A stretch of 61,757 nucleotides of DNA, filler included, from a bacterium (GCA_041690355.1; 3 parts of 3 records of this genome joined end to end with filler, not necessarily neighbours in it); one strand, 5' to 3'; counted from the first letter of the whole stretch, positions 9,838 to 19,552 are shown. Made by a program: numbers and translations. Notes: generated by a model not told the origin, from the sequence alone.

Positions 9838-10962
9838 TTACTTCAGCGTCGCCCGGATTTTTCCTCCACCCACGGTCTGCACCGAGATCGTGAACCCACC
9901 CACCGGACCGGTTGCCAGCGCTTCGGCCAGCTCTTCGCTGTCGCCGAGGTACGTGATGTCGAGCGTCGCCGTCGGGGCGTCGAACGTGCGCTGGTTGACT
10001 TCCTTGATCCCCTGCAGCTTGGCCAGCTCGGACTTGAGGCGCTTCAGGCGCATGAAGTCGACCCCGCTCACCAGCTGCAGCTCCGTCACCGAGCCGTTGA
10101 GCAGCGCCGTGTTCCACTCCTTGACGATCTTGCCGAAGACGTCGCTGCCCGCCTTGCGCGCGGCCTGCGTGATCGCCTTGCGGGGGGCCGCTTCGGGAAT
10201 GCCTTCGATGCCGTTGTCGGCCACGTTCGAGACGGCGAGCACCTGGGCGTTGTCGGCCCGGATGGCGCGCAGCTGCACGTTGGCCTTGGCCGCGTAGAGA
10301 ATGCCGCGCACCGATTCGGGGGCGCTGACTTCGGCCGTGCCGACGATGAGCACTTCGGCGCCGTGGCTGGCGGCGATCTTGGCGGCGGCGCGGTTGTCGC
10401 CTTCGGCGATGGCGCGGGCTTCGTCGGCCTTCATGTTGGCCTTCACGACCTCGGCGTCACGCAGCTCGAATTCCTTTTCCTTGAGGAACTCGGCCAGCAC
10501 GTTCTCGGCCAGCGTCGAGAGCTTCTTGTCGCCCCCCTTGACCTCGCTGACGAGAATCAGGATGCGCGGCTTCTTCATGTCGGCGTAGAGCAGCCGGGCG
10601 TCATCCTTCAGCTGCTTCGTGCTCACGCTCGCTTCGATGCGCACGACGATGTCGTTGCCGACCTTCTTCTTCTCGAGCACCTTGTAGTTGTGCACGTAGC
10701 TGGCGAGCTTCGTGACGATGCGATCGCGCACGAGCTCCATGTTCTCGACCACCGTGTCGCTCAGAACTTCAGAGCCGACCTGATCGGCGGCGTTGCGCTT
10801 GGCGTCGTCGGTCGCCCGCTTCAGCGCGGCGGCTTCGTCACCCCGTTCAATCGCGGCCCGCCCTTCGGCCTCGACGACCTGCACATCCCCTTCTGCGGCA
10901 AACGCGGGCACCGCATAGAGCGCCAGCGCAAGCATGGTGAAGCCTAGTTTCATGGTCCTCAT
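9838..10962 (-). CDS. Periplasmic protein with FlgT-like N-terminal domain
   Basis: Signal peptide. V.AEG.A......AA...A..DA.RNA..QVG..V.S.T.VEN pattern followed by a KPRILILVSE domain. Confidence 0.65.
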   Translation of the reverse strand: MRTMKLGFTMLALALYAVPAFAAEGDVQVVEAEGRAAIERGDEAAALKRATDDAKRNAADQVGSEVLSDTVVENMELVRDRIVTKLASYVHNYKVLEKKKVGNDIVVRIEASVSTKQLKDDARLLYADMKKPRILILVSEVKGGDKKLSTLAENVLAEFLKEKEFELRDAEVVKANMKADEARAIAEGDNRAAAKIAASHGAEVLIVGTAEVSAPESVRGILYAAKANVQLRAIRADNAQVLAVSNVADNGIEGIPEAAPRKAITQAARKAGSDVFGKIVKEWNTALLNGSVTELQLVSGVDFMRLKRLKSELAKLQGIKEVNQRTFDAPTATLDITYLGDSEELAEALATGPVGGFTISVQTVGGGKIRATLK

Positions 10963-11027
10963 ACCGTTTCCTCCAAGTCCCCTTCGCGTAACGTGCCGGG
11001 ACGGTTAGCCAAAATAGAAAAACCTGC

Positions 11028-13340
11028 CTACTTCGTCTTCATGACGTAGACGCCGTCCCACATCTCGGGCGGCGGCTCTTCGACCAGCGTCTCGCAACGC
11101 TTGATATACATCTTGCTCGGGCCGTCGTCGGGCCAGCGGGCCGCGACCGTTTCGAAACCGGCGCGCGCCTCGTCGAACCGGCGGTTCTTGTAGAAGTCCA
11201 AGGCGCGCTTGTAGAGTTCGAGCCGCTCAGACCAGGCCGGATCGGGCCGGCTGGCGACGAGTTCGAAGATGCGCACCGGCTCCTTCTTGCCCTTCACGGC
11301 GACGAGGTCGAGCTCGCGGCAGACAAACCCGTCGGGGAGCTGCTTGCGCGTGAACTCCGAGATGACGATGTGCGTACCGTATTCCTTGTTGATCCCCTCG
11401 AGGCGGCTGCCCAGGTTCACGCTGTCGCCCATGACCGTATAGTCGAAGCGCACGTGGCTGCCCATGTTGCCGACGGTCATCGGGCCGGTGTTCAGGCCGA
11501 TGCCGATGTCGAGCGGGGGCAGCCCCTTGGCCGCCCACACGGCCTGCATCTCGCGCAGCCGCTCCATCATGCGCAGCGAGGCGACGCAGGCCTCCTCCGC
11601 ATGATTCGGAATTTCGAGCGGGGCGCCCCAGAAGGCCATGATCGCATCGCCCATGTACTTGTCGACCACGCCCTTGTACTCGAAGATGATGTCGGTCATG
11701 GCCGACAGGTACTCGTTGAGGAAGTTGACGAGGGCGACCGGGTCCATCTTCTCCGAGAGCGTCGTGAAGCCGCGGATGTCGGAGAACATGACGGTCATGA
11801 TCTTCTTCTCGCCGCCGAGCTGCGCGCGCGAGGGATCGTTCACGAGTTCGGCCACGACCTGCGGCGAAACGTACTGCCCGAAGGTGCGCGTGATGCGGGC
11901 CTTCTCGGCCCCCTCGCTCAAGGCCGTGTAGACGACGCCGCCCAGGAAGGTCATGCTGAACATGGCCAGGTACGGACTCACCTGCAGCATGATGTCGGCG
12001 CGCTCCAAGAGCAGCTGCGCCACGAAGGCATAGCCGCCGAACAGCAGCACGAAGAGGGTCACGCGCACGGGGATGGACAGCTTCGAGACGACGAAGATCC
12101 AGCCGAGCACGAGGCCGATGAGCGCCAGCCAGACGGCAGAATAGTAGCGATCGGTCCACGCCGGCAGAAACGAGAACACCTCGCCGGCGACGAGAAAGCG
12201 CACGTGGCGCCCGTTCAGGATGCTCTGGGCGACGTTGGCGTGAATTTCGATCCCCGGCATCTGCGTGGCGACCATCTGAATTTCGGTGTCGCCGGCCTCG
12301 GTCTCGTCCTTGAGATCGAACGGGGTCGAGTAGTAATCGTGCGCCGACGGGTGCACGTTACCGATCAGGATGATCTTGTCCTGCACCTCTTCGGGTTCGA
12401 ACTGGCCGGCCCAGATGCGCCCGAAGGGCACGCGCGTGAACGTGTTGCTGGGGCCGATGTAATTGATGAAGTAGTTGCTGACGGCCCCGTAAAGGCGGAT
12501 GCCGCCGAGCCGCGCGCCGTAGTTCGTCAGCTCGAGCTGCAGATCCTGCTGTTCGAGAAACGGCGCCACGACGGCGTAGCCCATCGTGAAATGGTGGTCG
12601 ATGGTGCCGTCAGACAGGGGCTGAATTTCGACGAGCGGCAGGCTGCGCACCGTACCGTCGCCGTCGGGGGTCAGCGTAATCATGGCCTGGCCGTAGGCGC
12701 CCTGCAGAAACATGTCGAGCGGCTGCTGCGCCACCCCGCCCGAAACGTACCGGGCGAGCACGACATTGCCCCCTTCCATGACGGCGGCGGCGAGATCCTG
12801 GTCCTCGTTGCTGAGATCCCAGCTCGGCGCCTGCTCTTCTTCGACGACGTCGGCGGCGCTTCCGGCCTCGGCCTCGGCGAGTGTTTCGTCGCCGGCAGTT
12901 TCTGCGCCCGCGTCCTCCTCCGGCTCTCCGCCGGCCATTTCGGGGGAATCGGGAAGGACCAGCGCCTCGGTGGCGCCGGTGACCGGCGCGCAGACCTTGG
13001 ACTGCGCCGGCTTCGTGAAGAGCACGTCGACGCCGATGATGGCGGCCCCGGCGGCGTTCAGGTTGCGGATGACCCGGGCGTAATCATGGCGGTTGAAGTC
13101 GGCGATACGCTTGTCGAGCAGGTTGATGCTCTCGTCGTCAATCGTCACGATGACGACTTCGGGCCGCGCCTCGCCGATGCCGCGGATGCGCAGCCGCATG
13201 TCGTAGGTCAACCGCTCGAGCCGTGTGAGCAGCCCCTGCGGGCCCCGCGATTCGGGAAACAGATAGACGGCCGTCGTGACGGCAACGAGCGCCAGGGTGA
13301 GGATCAGCGGTGTACGACGACGGCCGGTCTTCTGACTCAT
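11028..13340 (-). CDS. CHASE2-domain membrane adenylate cyclase (class III)
   Basis: CHASE2 motifs VVIVTIDDES, IGVDVLF, D.DG.VR, MPGIEIHAN, then 3 TM helices. Cyclase motifs FSDIRGFT, DKYMGDAIMAFWG, DYTVMGDSVNLGSRLEG, VKGK are all intact. Confidence 0.93.
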   Translation of the reverse strand: MSQKTGRRRTPLILTLALVAVTTAVYLFPESRGPQGLLTRLERLTYDMRLRIRGIGEARPEVVIVTIDDESINLLDKRIADFNRHDYARVIRNLNAAGAAIIGVDVLFTKPAQSKVCAPVTGATEALVLPDSPEMAGGEPEEDAGAETAGDETLAEAEAGSAADVVEEEQAPSWDLSNEDQDLAAAVMEGGNVVLARYVSGGVAQQPLDMFLQGAYGQAMITLTPDGDGTVRSLPLVEIQPLSDGTIDHHFTMGYAVVAPFLEQQDLQLELTNYGARLGGIRLYGAVSNYFINYIGPSNTFTRVPFGRIWAGQFEPEEVQDKIILIGNVHPSAHDYYSTPFDLKDETEAGDTEIQMVATQMPGIEIHANVAQSILNGRHVRFLVAGEVFSFLPAWTDRYYSAVWLALIGLVLGWIFVVSKLSIPVRVTLFVLLFGGYAFVAQLLLERADIMLQVSPYLAMFSMTFLGGVVYTALSEGAEKARITRTFGQYVSPQVVAELVNDPSRAQLGGEKKIMTVMFSDIRGFTTLSEKMDPVALVNFLNEYLSAMTDIIFEYKGVVDKYMGDAIMAFWGAPLEIPNHAEEACVASLRMMERLREMQAVWAAKGLPPLDIGIGLNTGPMTVGNMGSHVRFDYTVMGDSVNLGSRLEGINKEYGTHIVISEFTRKQLPDGFVCRELDLVAVKGKKEPVRIFELVASRPDPAWSERLELYKRALDFYKNRRFDEARAGFETVAARWPDDGPSKMYIKRCETLVEEPPPEMWDGVYVMKTK

Positions 13341-13365
13341 GCGTATCTTCTCGAAGCCCCGCGTC

Positions 13366-15114
13366 TCAGCGCGCGGCCATCTCCGTCAGCACCAGGGTTG
13401 CGGGGACGAGACGGCCTTCGGTGCCCCCGATCTGGCTGTCCATGACGACGACGACCTTGCACTTGCCGAACAGGTTCTTCAGGTTGCTCTTGAACTGAGC
13501 TTTGTTGGCCTGGGTCGTCGACACGAGCAGGTTCACCTGGGTGCGCCCGTTCGTCTTCACCCCCTTGATCTGCATGGGCTTCTTGCCCTGGCGCAGATTG
13601 CCGGAGGAAATCTTGCGGATGCGCGGCGCGTTCTGCGCGAGCACCATCGGCTCGAGACCCGCCACGTCATAGGGTTCGCCGCCGAGCACTTCGGCGCGGA
13701 ACATGACCGGATTCGGCCCGAGGCGTTCATGCATCCAGCCCTGATCGCCCGGCTCGCTCACGACATAGGCCGCCTGGCCGCGCTCGGCGAGCACCGTGGG
13801 GTCGCTTTCGCCCGGGTCGGCGATGACGTTGCCGTCGGCGTCGAGAATGCGGGGGAAGAGACCGGCCTGCAGACCCGTGCCGCGCGCGTCGATCAGGATG
13901 CCGGTGAACTCCGCTTCCTGATCGCTCACGTTCGACATCTCGGCCGTCTCGACGGTTTCCTTCGGGGTGCCCAGGCGATCGAGCAGCGTCGTCTGCACGC
14001 CGCGCAGGCCGCGCATCGGCACCTCGAGGGTCACTTCGTAGTTCCCGCCGGGAGCCGTCGCGTTCTCGGCGACGACCTTGCCCCCCTGAACGAGACCCTT
14101 GATGCGCACCGAGAGGGTGGCATCGGCCTTCTCGGCGTCGGCGATCTTCTCATCACCGGAGATACGCACGCCCGAAACGACCTCCATGGCGCGTGCATAG
14201 GCATCGGCCACGGCGGCGCGGCGCGCGTTCAGCTGCGTCTTGGCGTCGGCGCCCGCGGCCACCTTGGCCCGGCCGACGACCCGCAGAATTCCCTTCTCCC
14301 AGTCGACTTCGCCCTTGGCCGAGCGTTCGACGTACGGCTTGAATCCGGTCTCCTCGCTGACCAGCTTGGCCGGGGCGGGATACCGGCGGGCGATTTCGGC
14401 CGGCACGAGTACCTTGGCGGCGATCGTGACGCGGTGGATACGTCCTTCCTGTTCCTTCTTGACGATGCGGTAGCTGAGGCTCGACTGCGCCGACGCCTTC
14501 ACCGTCTTCATGTCGGGAACCTTCTTGACATCGACGACGGCGCCCACCGCCTGTTCGACGGCGTCGCGCTTGGCGACCGTCAGGGCCACCCGCTCCATCG
14601 GGCCCATGCCGACGACCTGCACTTCGACCAGTTCGTCCTTGGCGGTGGCGGCGACCGGCTTGCCGATGGCGCCCGCAAGCTTGTCGGCGAGCTGCGACGC
14701 GATTTTCTCCGCATCCCCCTCGTCGCCGGTGACTTCGGCCGTGTCGAGCACGGCGCCGCTCCCGGCGTCGACCAGGCGGGCGCGAACGATCACGTCATCG
14801 CCCTTGGCTTCCCAGCCGCCGACGATGAAGGTCTCCGACCCTGAAATGAGCCCCTTGGCTTCGTCGAGCGATTCGCCCGTGGCGAGGCTGCGCGTCTTGA
14901 GCTCCTGCAGCACGGCAGGCTCCGGCGCATCGCTTTCCAGCGTGTAGCCCTTCTTGCGGAGGGCGTCCCGCAATCCGTCGGTCAGTTTCTTCCCGAACGC
15001 ATCCCGCTCGTTCTGACCCAGCGACAGCACGCGCACATCGCCGGCCTCGGCGACCGACGCTCCGGCGACGGTTCCGAAAATCAGCGCGGCCCAGACCAGT
15101 TTCCTGCTCAGCAT
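13366..15114 (-). CDS. Secreted multidomain protein (CsgG/FlgO-like N-terminus, LPP20-like domains)
   Basis: Signal peptide. V.ARLVDA.SG.V; VDWEKG...V.G; ARRAA.ADAY; FTGILIDARG..L...LFPRILD.DG. RBS GGAGG. Confidence 0.6.
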   Translation of the reverse strand: MLSRKLVWAALIFGTVAGASVAEAGDVRVLSLGQNERDAFGKKLTDGLRDALRKKGYTLESDAPEPAVLQELKTRSLATGESLDEAKGLISGSETFIVGGWEAKGDDVIVRARLVDAGSGAVLDTAEVTGDEGDAEKIASQLADKLAGAIGKPVAATAKDELVEVQVVGMGPMERVALTVAKRDAVEQAVGAVVDVKKVPDMKTVKASAQSSLSYRIVKKEQEGRIHRVTIAAKVLVPAEIARRYPAPAKLVSEETGFKPYVERSAKGEVDWEKGILRVVGRAKVAAGADAKTQLNARRAAVADAYARAMEVVSGVRISGDEKIADAEKADATLSVRIKGLVQGGKVVAENATAPGGNYEVTLEVPMRGLRGVQTTLLDRLGTPKETVETAEMSNVSDQEAEFTGILIDARGTGLQAGLFPRILDADGNVIADPGESDPTVLAERGQAAYVVSEPGDQGWMHERLGPNPVMFRAEVLGGEPYDVAGLEPMVLAQNAPRIRKISSGNLRQGKKPMQIKGVKTNGRTQVNLLVSTTQANKAQFKSNLKNLFGKCKVVVVMDSQIGGTEGRLVPATLVLTEMAAR

Positions 15115-15143
15115 CGTTTGCCCTCCGCAACGTGAATGGCAGC

Positions 15144-15186
15144 AGTGTAGCGTGCCAGCCCCTCAATTGCTGTGACTGCTGTCACA
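15144..15186 (-). promoter_or_regulatory. CRP-family box with -10 element (class II geometry)
   Basis: TGTGA-ctgctg-TCACA at 15171-15186. Minus-strand -10 TACACT at 15149-15144. Box centre is -41.5 from the implied TSS at 15137. Confidence 0.7.
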
Positions 15187-15470
15187 GCGATCAACGGCTA
15201 AGTATATCCCGCGGCAAGCGCTTTTTCAAAAGCCTCTGACCGGAAAAGCGGCCGCCTTGCGACCCGGCAGAGTCCCTCCGGACGGCTCCAGGCGGGCCCG
15301 CGCCCCGCCTGCCGGGCCCGATGTCAATCCCCGGCGGCGGGGCCGCCCCTCAGGGGGCCGCGCTGGCTGGACAGACGCCTAGAATGAAATAAATTGCCGT
15401 GCCGCGGCCCCCGGCCGGCCGCAACCGGCCCCCGGCGCGCAGAAAACCGGCCGGAGAAACGAGGAGCGTC

Positions 15471-16559
15471 ATGCAGGAACCCATCGCCCCCCTGGCGGCA
15501 CCGCGGGCATCGACCCGCCCGACGGTCGAACGCCGCCGCCACCGCCGTGCGGGCGCCTGGAGCGTCGCCGCCTGCATGCTCTGCCTGTCGGTTGCCCCCT
15601 CGGCCGCCGCCCAGAGCGCCCAGACCGACGCGGCGCGCACGCCCGACGGGTACCGCGTGATTCCGCCCCTCGAGCAGGGGGTGCCCCCGGCCCCCCGGAC
15701 GCGGATCGGCGCGGGAGCCGAAGCCGGCGCCGACGACACGGGGCCCCAGCGTTCGCCGCGGCGCTCCGAAGAAGTCTGGAGCCCGAGCGGCCAGCCGGCC
15801 GAAACCCTGATTCCCCGCACCGAGGGGAACGTCCTGACCGGCGACGGCGGCGAGGGGCGCCTGATGATCCTGCTCGACCCCGACGCCCCGGCCGAATCGC
15901 TCCCCCCCGAGGCCCGGCGCGTGTTTCCCGAAGGGCAGACGGGGGCCTTTTCCGTCGTCCCCCAGGTGACCCGCCCTGACGACGCCGTCATCGAGCTCGA
16001 GGGGACCCCCGGCGTGGCCGACGTTGCACCGACGGCGGGCGCGACCGCCGCCCCCGGCCCAGGCGGCGTCACGGCCGAGGCCCGGGCGCCCACAATCGTC
16101 ATCCAGGTCTTCGGCGGCGGCGAGACCCGCACGCTCACCGGCGAGACCGGCGAGACCGGCGAGACCCTCGACCTGACGGCCGTCCCGACCCTGCCGGGAA
16201 CCGCGGGCGGCTTGCCACCCGGCCTCGGCGTCCGGCCCCGGACGATGCCGACCGAGACCGAGCTTCCCGCGGCCCCCGTCCTGCTGCCCGGCGGCACGGG
16301 GGGGCTTCGCGGCGACGGCTTCGAAGAAGAGACGGCGGAGATACCCGCCGTGACCCGGCTGCCCGACGATGCCGCCCCAGGTAACCGCGACGCCCTGCTC
16401 CCGCAGAGCAACCCCTGGATCGCGCGCCAGCCCGGGGCGCTGCCGTGGGAGTTATTTGAAATCATTCCGGGAAGCCGGCCGGCAGGGGCCGTGGGCGACG
16501 AAGTCGTCCCCTACGACCCCGAAGAGCCCGACGCGCTCGACTATTCGCGCTCCGGCTGA
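15471..16559 (+). CDS. Pro/Gly/Thr/Glu-rich hypothetical exported protein
   Basis: GAGGAG RBS before ATG 15471, signal-like segment ending AAAQ, GC3-biased frame, terminator downstream. Confidence 0.55.
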   Translation: MQEPIAPLAAPRASTRPTVERRRHRRAGAWSVAACMLCLSVAPSAAAQSAQTDAARTPDGYRVIPPLEQGVPPAPRTRIGAGAEAGADDTGPQRSPRRSEEVWSPSGQPAETLIPRTEGNVLTGDGGEGRLMILLDPDAPAESLPPEARRVFPEGQTGAFSVVPQVTRPDDAVIELEGTPGVADVAPTAGATAAPGPGGVTAEARAPTIVIQVFGGGETRTLTGETGETGETLDLTAVPTLPGTAGGLPPGLGVRPRTMPTETELPAAPVLLPGGTGGLRGDGFEEETAEIPAVTRLPDDAAPGNRDALLPQSNPWIARQPGALPWELFEIIPGSRPAGAVGDEVVPYDPEEPDALDYSRSG

Positions 16560-16576
16560 CCCGAAGGCTCCCCCCT

Positions 16577-16615
16577 GCCCCGTCGGAAACTTGTTTTCCG
16601 GCGGGGCTTTTTTTG
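16577..16615 (+). terminator. Intrinsic terminator
   Basis: gccccgtcggaaa...ttccggcggggc hairpin followed by a T tract. Confidence 0.75.
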
Positions 16616-16697
16616 TCTCCCCCGACGGCGCCCGGTGGCTCCCGGCGATTCCCGGTGCCGGCCGGAAGCGACCTGTGATACGATGGGGAACCCGGCC

Positions 16698-17582
16698 ATG
16701 CGCATCGCCATCCTCTCGCGCAATCCCATGCTCTACACGACCCGCCGCTTCAGTGAGGCGGCGCGGCGCATGGGACACGACAGCATCGTGCTCGATCCGC
16801 TGCACTGCGTGCTGCGGCTCGACGAGCGCCCCCTCGTCATCCATCGGGGCAAGACGCTCGACCACGTTTCGGTCGTGCTCCCGCGCATCGGCAACTCGAT
16901 CACCGAGTACGGGCTCGCCGTGGTCAACCAGTTCGAGCTGGCCGGCGTCGCGACCGTGAACTCGGCCGCGGGCATCGGCAACTCCCGCGATAAGCTGCGC
17001 TGCCTGCAGCTGTTGCGCCGCCACGACGTTCCCGTGCCGGCCACCGTCATGCTGCGCAGTCCCGAAGACATCGAGCCGGCCGTCGAGATCGTCGGCGGTA
17101 CGCCGGTCGTGCTCAAGCTGCTCCACGGCACGCAGGGGATCGGCGTCATGCTCGTCGAAAACCTGAACAGCCTGCGCAGCATCGTGCAGGCCATGTGGGG
17201 ACTCGGACAGAACCTTCTGCTGCAGCGCTACGTGCACGAAAGCGGGGGCCGCGACATCCGCGCCCTCGTGGTCGGCGACCAGGTGGTCGGCGCCATGCAG
17301 CGTCAGGCGGGGGCCCACGAGTTCCGCGCCAACCTGCACCGCGGGGGCGAAGGGGTGCCCATCGAGATTCCCCCCGACTGGGCCGAGGTGGCAGTGCGGG
17401 CCTCACGCGTCGTCGGCCTGCGCGTCTCGGGGGTCGACCTCATCGAGTCGGCCACGGGCCCCCAGGTGCTCGAGATCAACAGTTCGCCCGGTTTCGAAGG
17501 GCTCGAGAAGGCGACCCGCCGCGACGTCGCCCGCATGATTCTCGATCATGCCTTCACGCTGCCCGAGGGGGTGGCGCCGTGA
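16698..17582 (+). CDS. rimK: RimK-family alpha-L-glutamate ligase (ATP-grasp)
   Basis: MRIAILSRN..LY.T.R, PRIG.SIT.YG, SRDKLR.LQLL, GTQGIGV, FRANLHRGG, EINSSPG.EG.E. Confidence 0.9.
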   Translation: MRIAILSRNPMLYTTRRFSEAARRMGHDSIVLDPLHCVLRLDERPLVIHRGKTLDHVSVVLPRIGNSITEYGLAVVNQFELAGVATVNSAAGIGNSRDKLRCLQLLRRHDVPVPATVMLRSPEDIEPAVEIVGGTPVVLKLLHGTQGIGVMLVENLNSLRSIVQAMWGLGQNLLLQRYVHESGGRDIRALVVGDQVVGAMQRQAGAHEFRANLHRGGEGVPIEIPPDWAEVAVRASRVVGLRVSGVDLIESATGPQVLEINSSPGFEGLEKATRRDVARMILDHAFTLPEGVAP

Positions 17583-17589
17583 GGCGGCG

Positions 17590-18588
17590 ATGCGGCCGAT
17601 GACCGATCCGTTCGTCATCGCCGGCGAATCGATCGCCCCGGGCGAGGCGCGCACGCTGCACCTGAAGCTGTCGGAGAACTACGGCAGCGTCGCCATCTAC
17701 ATGCCGTTCACGGTCGTGCGCGGCGCGCAGCCGGGCCCGGCGGTCTTCTTCACCGGCGCCGTGCACGGCGACGAAATCAACGGCATCGAAATCGTGCGCC
17801 GGCTCACCTACGCGCTTGAGCCCGACACGCTGCGCGGCACGGTGCTCTGCGTGCCGATCGTCAACGTACCCGGCTACAACAGCCGCAGCCGCTATCTGCC
17901 CGACGGCCGCGATCTCAACCGCATGTTCCCCGGCAAGAGCCACGGAAGCCAGTCGTCGCGCGTCGCGCACCTGCTCTACGACGGCATCGTGAGCCGCTGC
18001 CGCTTCGGCGTCGACTTCCACGCCGGGAGCGGCGGACGCCTCAACATGCCGCATGTACGCGCCGATCTTTCCCTCGACGACGTGCGGCTGCTCGCCCTCG
18101 CCTTCGGCACCCGGGTCGTGCTCGACGGCAAAGGGCAACGCGGGTCGCTGCGCCGCGAAGCCGGGAAGCGCGGCATCGCCACGATCGCCTTCGAGGCGGG
18201 CGAATCGGGGCGCTTCGAGCAGGAGAGCGTGCGCCAGGGGGTCGAGGGGGGGCTGCGTCTGCTGCGCGGGCTGCAGATGCTCCCGGGGCCGCCGCTCGAG
18301 CAGCCGCTGCAGGCGGTGGTGCGCAAAGGCGAGTGGCTGCGGTCAGAGCGCGGGGGAATCGTCGAGCTGGTCGTGCACCCCGGCGAGCTGGTCTCGCGCG
18401 GCGATCTCGTCGGCACGGTTTCGAATCCCTACGGCCGCGAGCTGGCCGACCTGCGCGCCCCTTTCGACGGCCTCGTCGTCGGCGTCACCGTCAACCCCCT
18501 CGTCAATCCGGGCAGCCCCGTCTGCCATCTGCTCGACCTTGCCGATACGCCCGCCGCGGTGCGCGAAGCCCTGCGCACTGCCCCCTGA
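17590..18588 (+). CDS. Succinylglutamate desuccinylase/aspartoacylase (M14) family protein
   Basis: GAVHGDEING, DLNRMFPG, VDFH, FEAG; C-terminal lipoyl-like domain. Typical rimK neighbour. Confidence 0.88.
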   Translation: MRPMTDPFVIAGESIAPGEARTLHLKLSENYGSVAIYMPFTVVRGAQPGPAVFFTGAVHGDEINGIEIVRRLTYALEPDTLRGTVLCVPIVNVPGYNSRSRYLPDGRDLNRMFPGKSHGSQSSRVAHLLYDGIVSRCRFGVDFHAGSGGRLNMPHVRADLSLDDVRLLALAFGTRVVLDGKGQRGSLRREAGKRGIATIAFEAGESGRFEQESVRQGVEGGLRLLRGLQMLPGPPLEQPLQAVVRKGEWLRSERGGIVELVVHPGELVSRGDLVGTVSNPYGRELADLRAPFDGLVVGVTVNPLVNPGSPVCHLLDLADTPAAVREALRTAP

Positions 18589-18715
18589 CCCGGCCGCCCG
18601 CCGTTGCCCGCCCGCCCGTCATAAGGCCCCCTTGTCTTGCGTGCATGTCGGCAGACTCGCACGATGGGGGCGAATCACGCTTCCGTGTTCAACTTTTTGC
18701 AAAGGAGTTGCACCC

Positions 18716-19516
18716 ATGGCCGAAGTAGCCACACTCAACCTGGCGACGCGCGCGTTTCGCGACCGCATAAGCTGGGGTGCCATTACCGCCGGCGTCGTCA
18801 TTGCCCTGGCCATTCAGGCCATGCTGGGCCTTCTCGGCCTCGGACTCGGATTCGGGGCCGTCGATCCCTATGCCGCGAGCCCGTTCGAGGGGCTCGGCAT
18901 CGGCGCCATCGTCTATCTGGCCCTGACGCTCATCATCAGCCTTTTCGTAGGCGGCCTCGTCGCCGGACGCCTGGCGGGGATCAATGACCGGGCCGACGGC
19001 GCGCTCAACGGCGTGCTCGTCTGGAGCATCCTCGTGATTCTTTTTCTATTCACGGCGAGCGCCGTCTTCAGCTTCGCGCTGCGCAGCGCCACGACGATCG
19101 CAAGCACGGGCATCAGCGCCGCCTCCGGAGCGGCGGGTTCCGTCGATCAGCAGGCGGTTGCCGAAGCGCTGCTCCCCGAAGAGCAGCCGGCCGATCCGGC
19201 CGCGCAGCAGCCCGCGCAGCCGCCTCCGGCCCAGCAGGGGGAGGCAGGTCTTTCGCAGGAAGAAGCTGCCGACATTCTCGCCCAGAGCACAGGACTCGAC
19301 CGCGACCAGGCGCAGCAAATCATCGCCCGACTGCAGCAGGAGGCCGGTGAGATTGACCTGGGGAGCGCCGCGCAGAGCGTGGGGCAACAGGTGCTGAGCG
19401 TCTCGAGCACGGTTGCCTGGGCGGCCTTCATCGTCTGGCTCGTGCTGCTGGGCTTCAGCGCGCTGGGCGGATTCGTCGGCGCGCCGAAGCGGGCGCACAT
19501 GGTCACGGCGGTCTGA
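18716..19516 (+). CDS. Hypothetical integral membrane protein
   Basis: AAGGAG RBS. RISWGAI.AG, hydrophobic helices, G...AGRLAG...G.L.G..VW pattern. Confidence 0.75.
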   Translation: MAEVATLNLATRAFRDRISWGAITAGVVIALAIQAMLGLLGLGLGFGAVDPYAASPFEGLGIGAIVYLALTLIISLFVGGLVAGRLAGINDRADGALNGVLVWSILVILFLFTASAVFSFALRSATTIASTGISAASGAAGSVDQQAVAEALLPEEQPADPAAQQPAQPPPAQQGEAGLSQEEAADILAQSTGLDRDQAQQIIARLQQEAGEIDLGSAAQSVGQQVLSVSSTVAWAAFIVWLVLLGFSALGGFVGAPKRAHMVTAV

Positions 19517-19552
19517 CACCGGCCCGCGCAAGGCCGCTCTGTCGAGCGTCGG

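Noticed and set aside
15142-15157. Sigma54 promoter TGGCACG...TGC on the minus strand
   Set aside because: GG-to-GC spacing is one base too long; the CRP box plus sigma70 -10 fits better.
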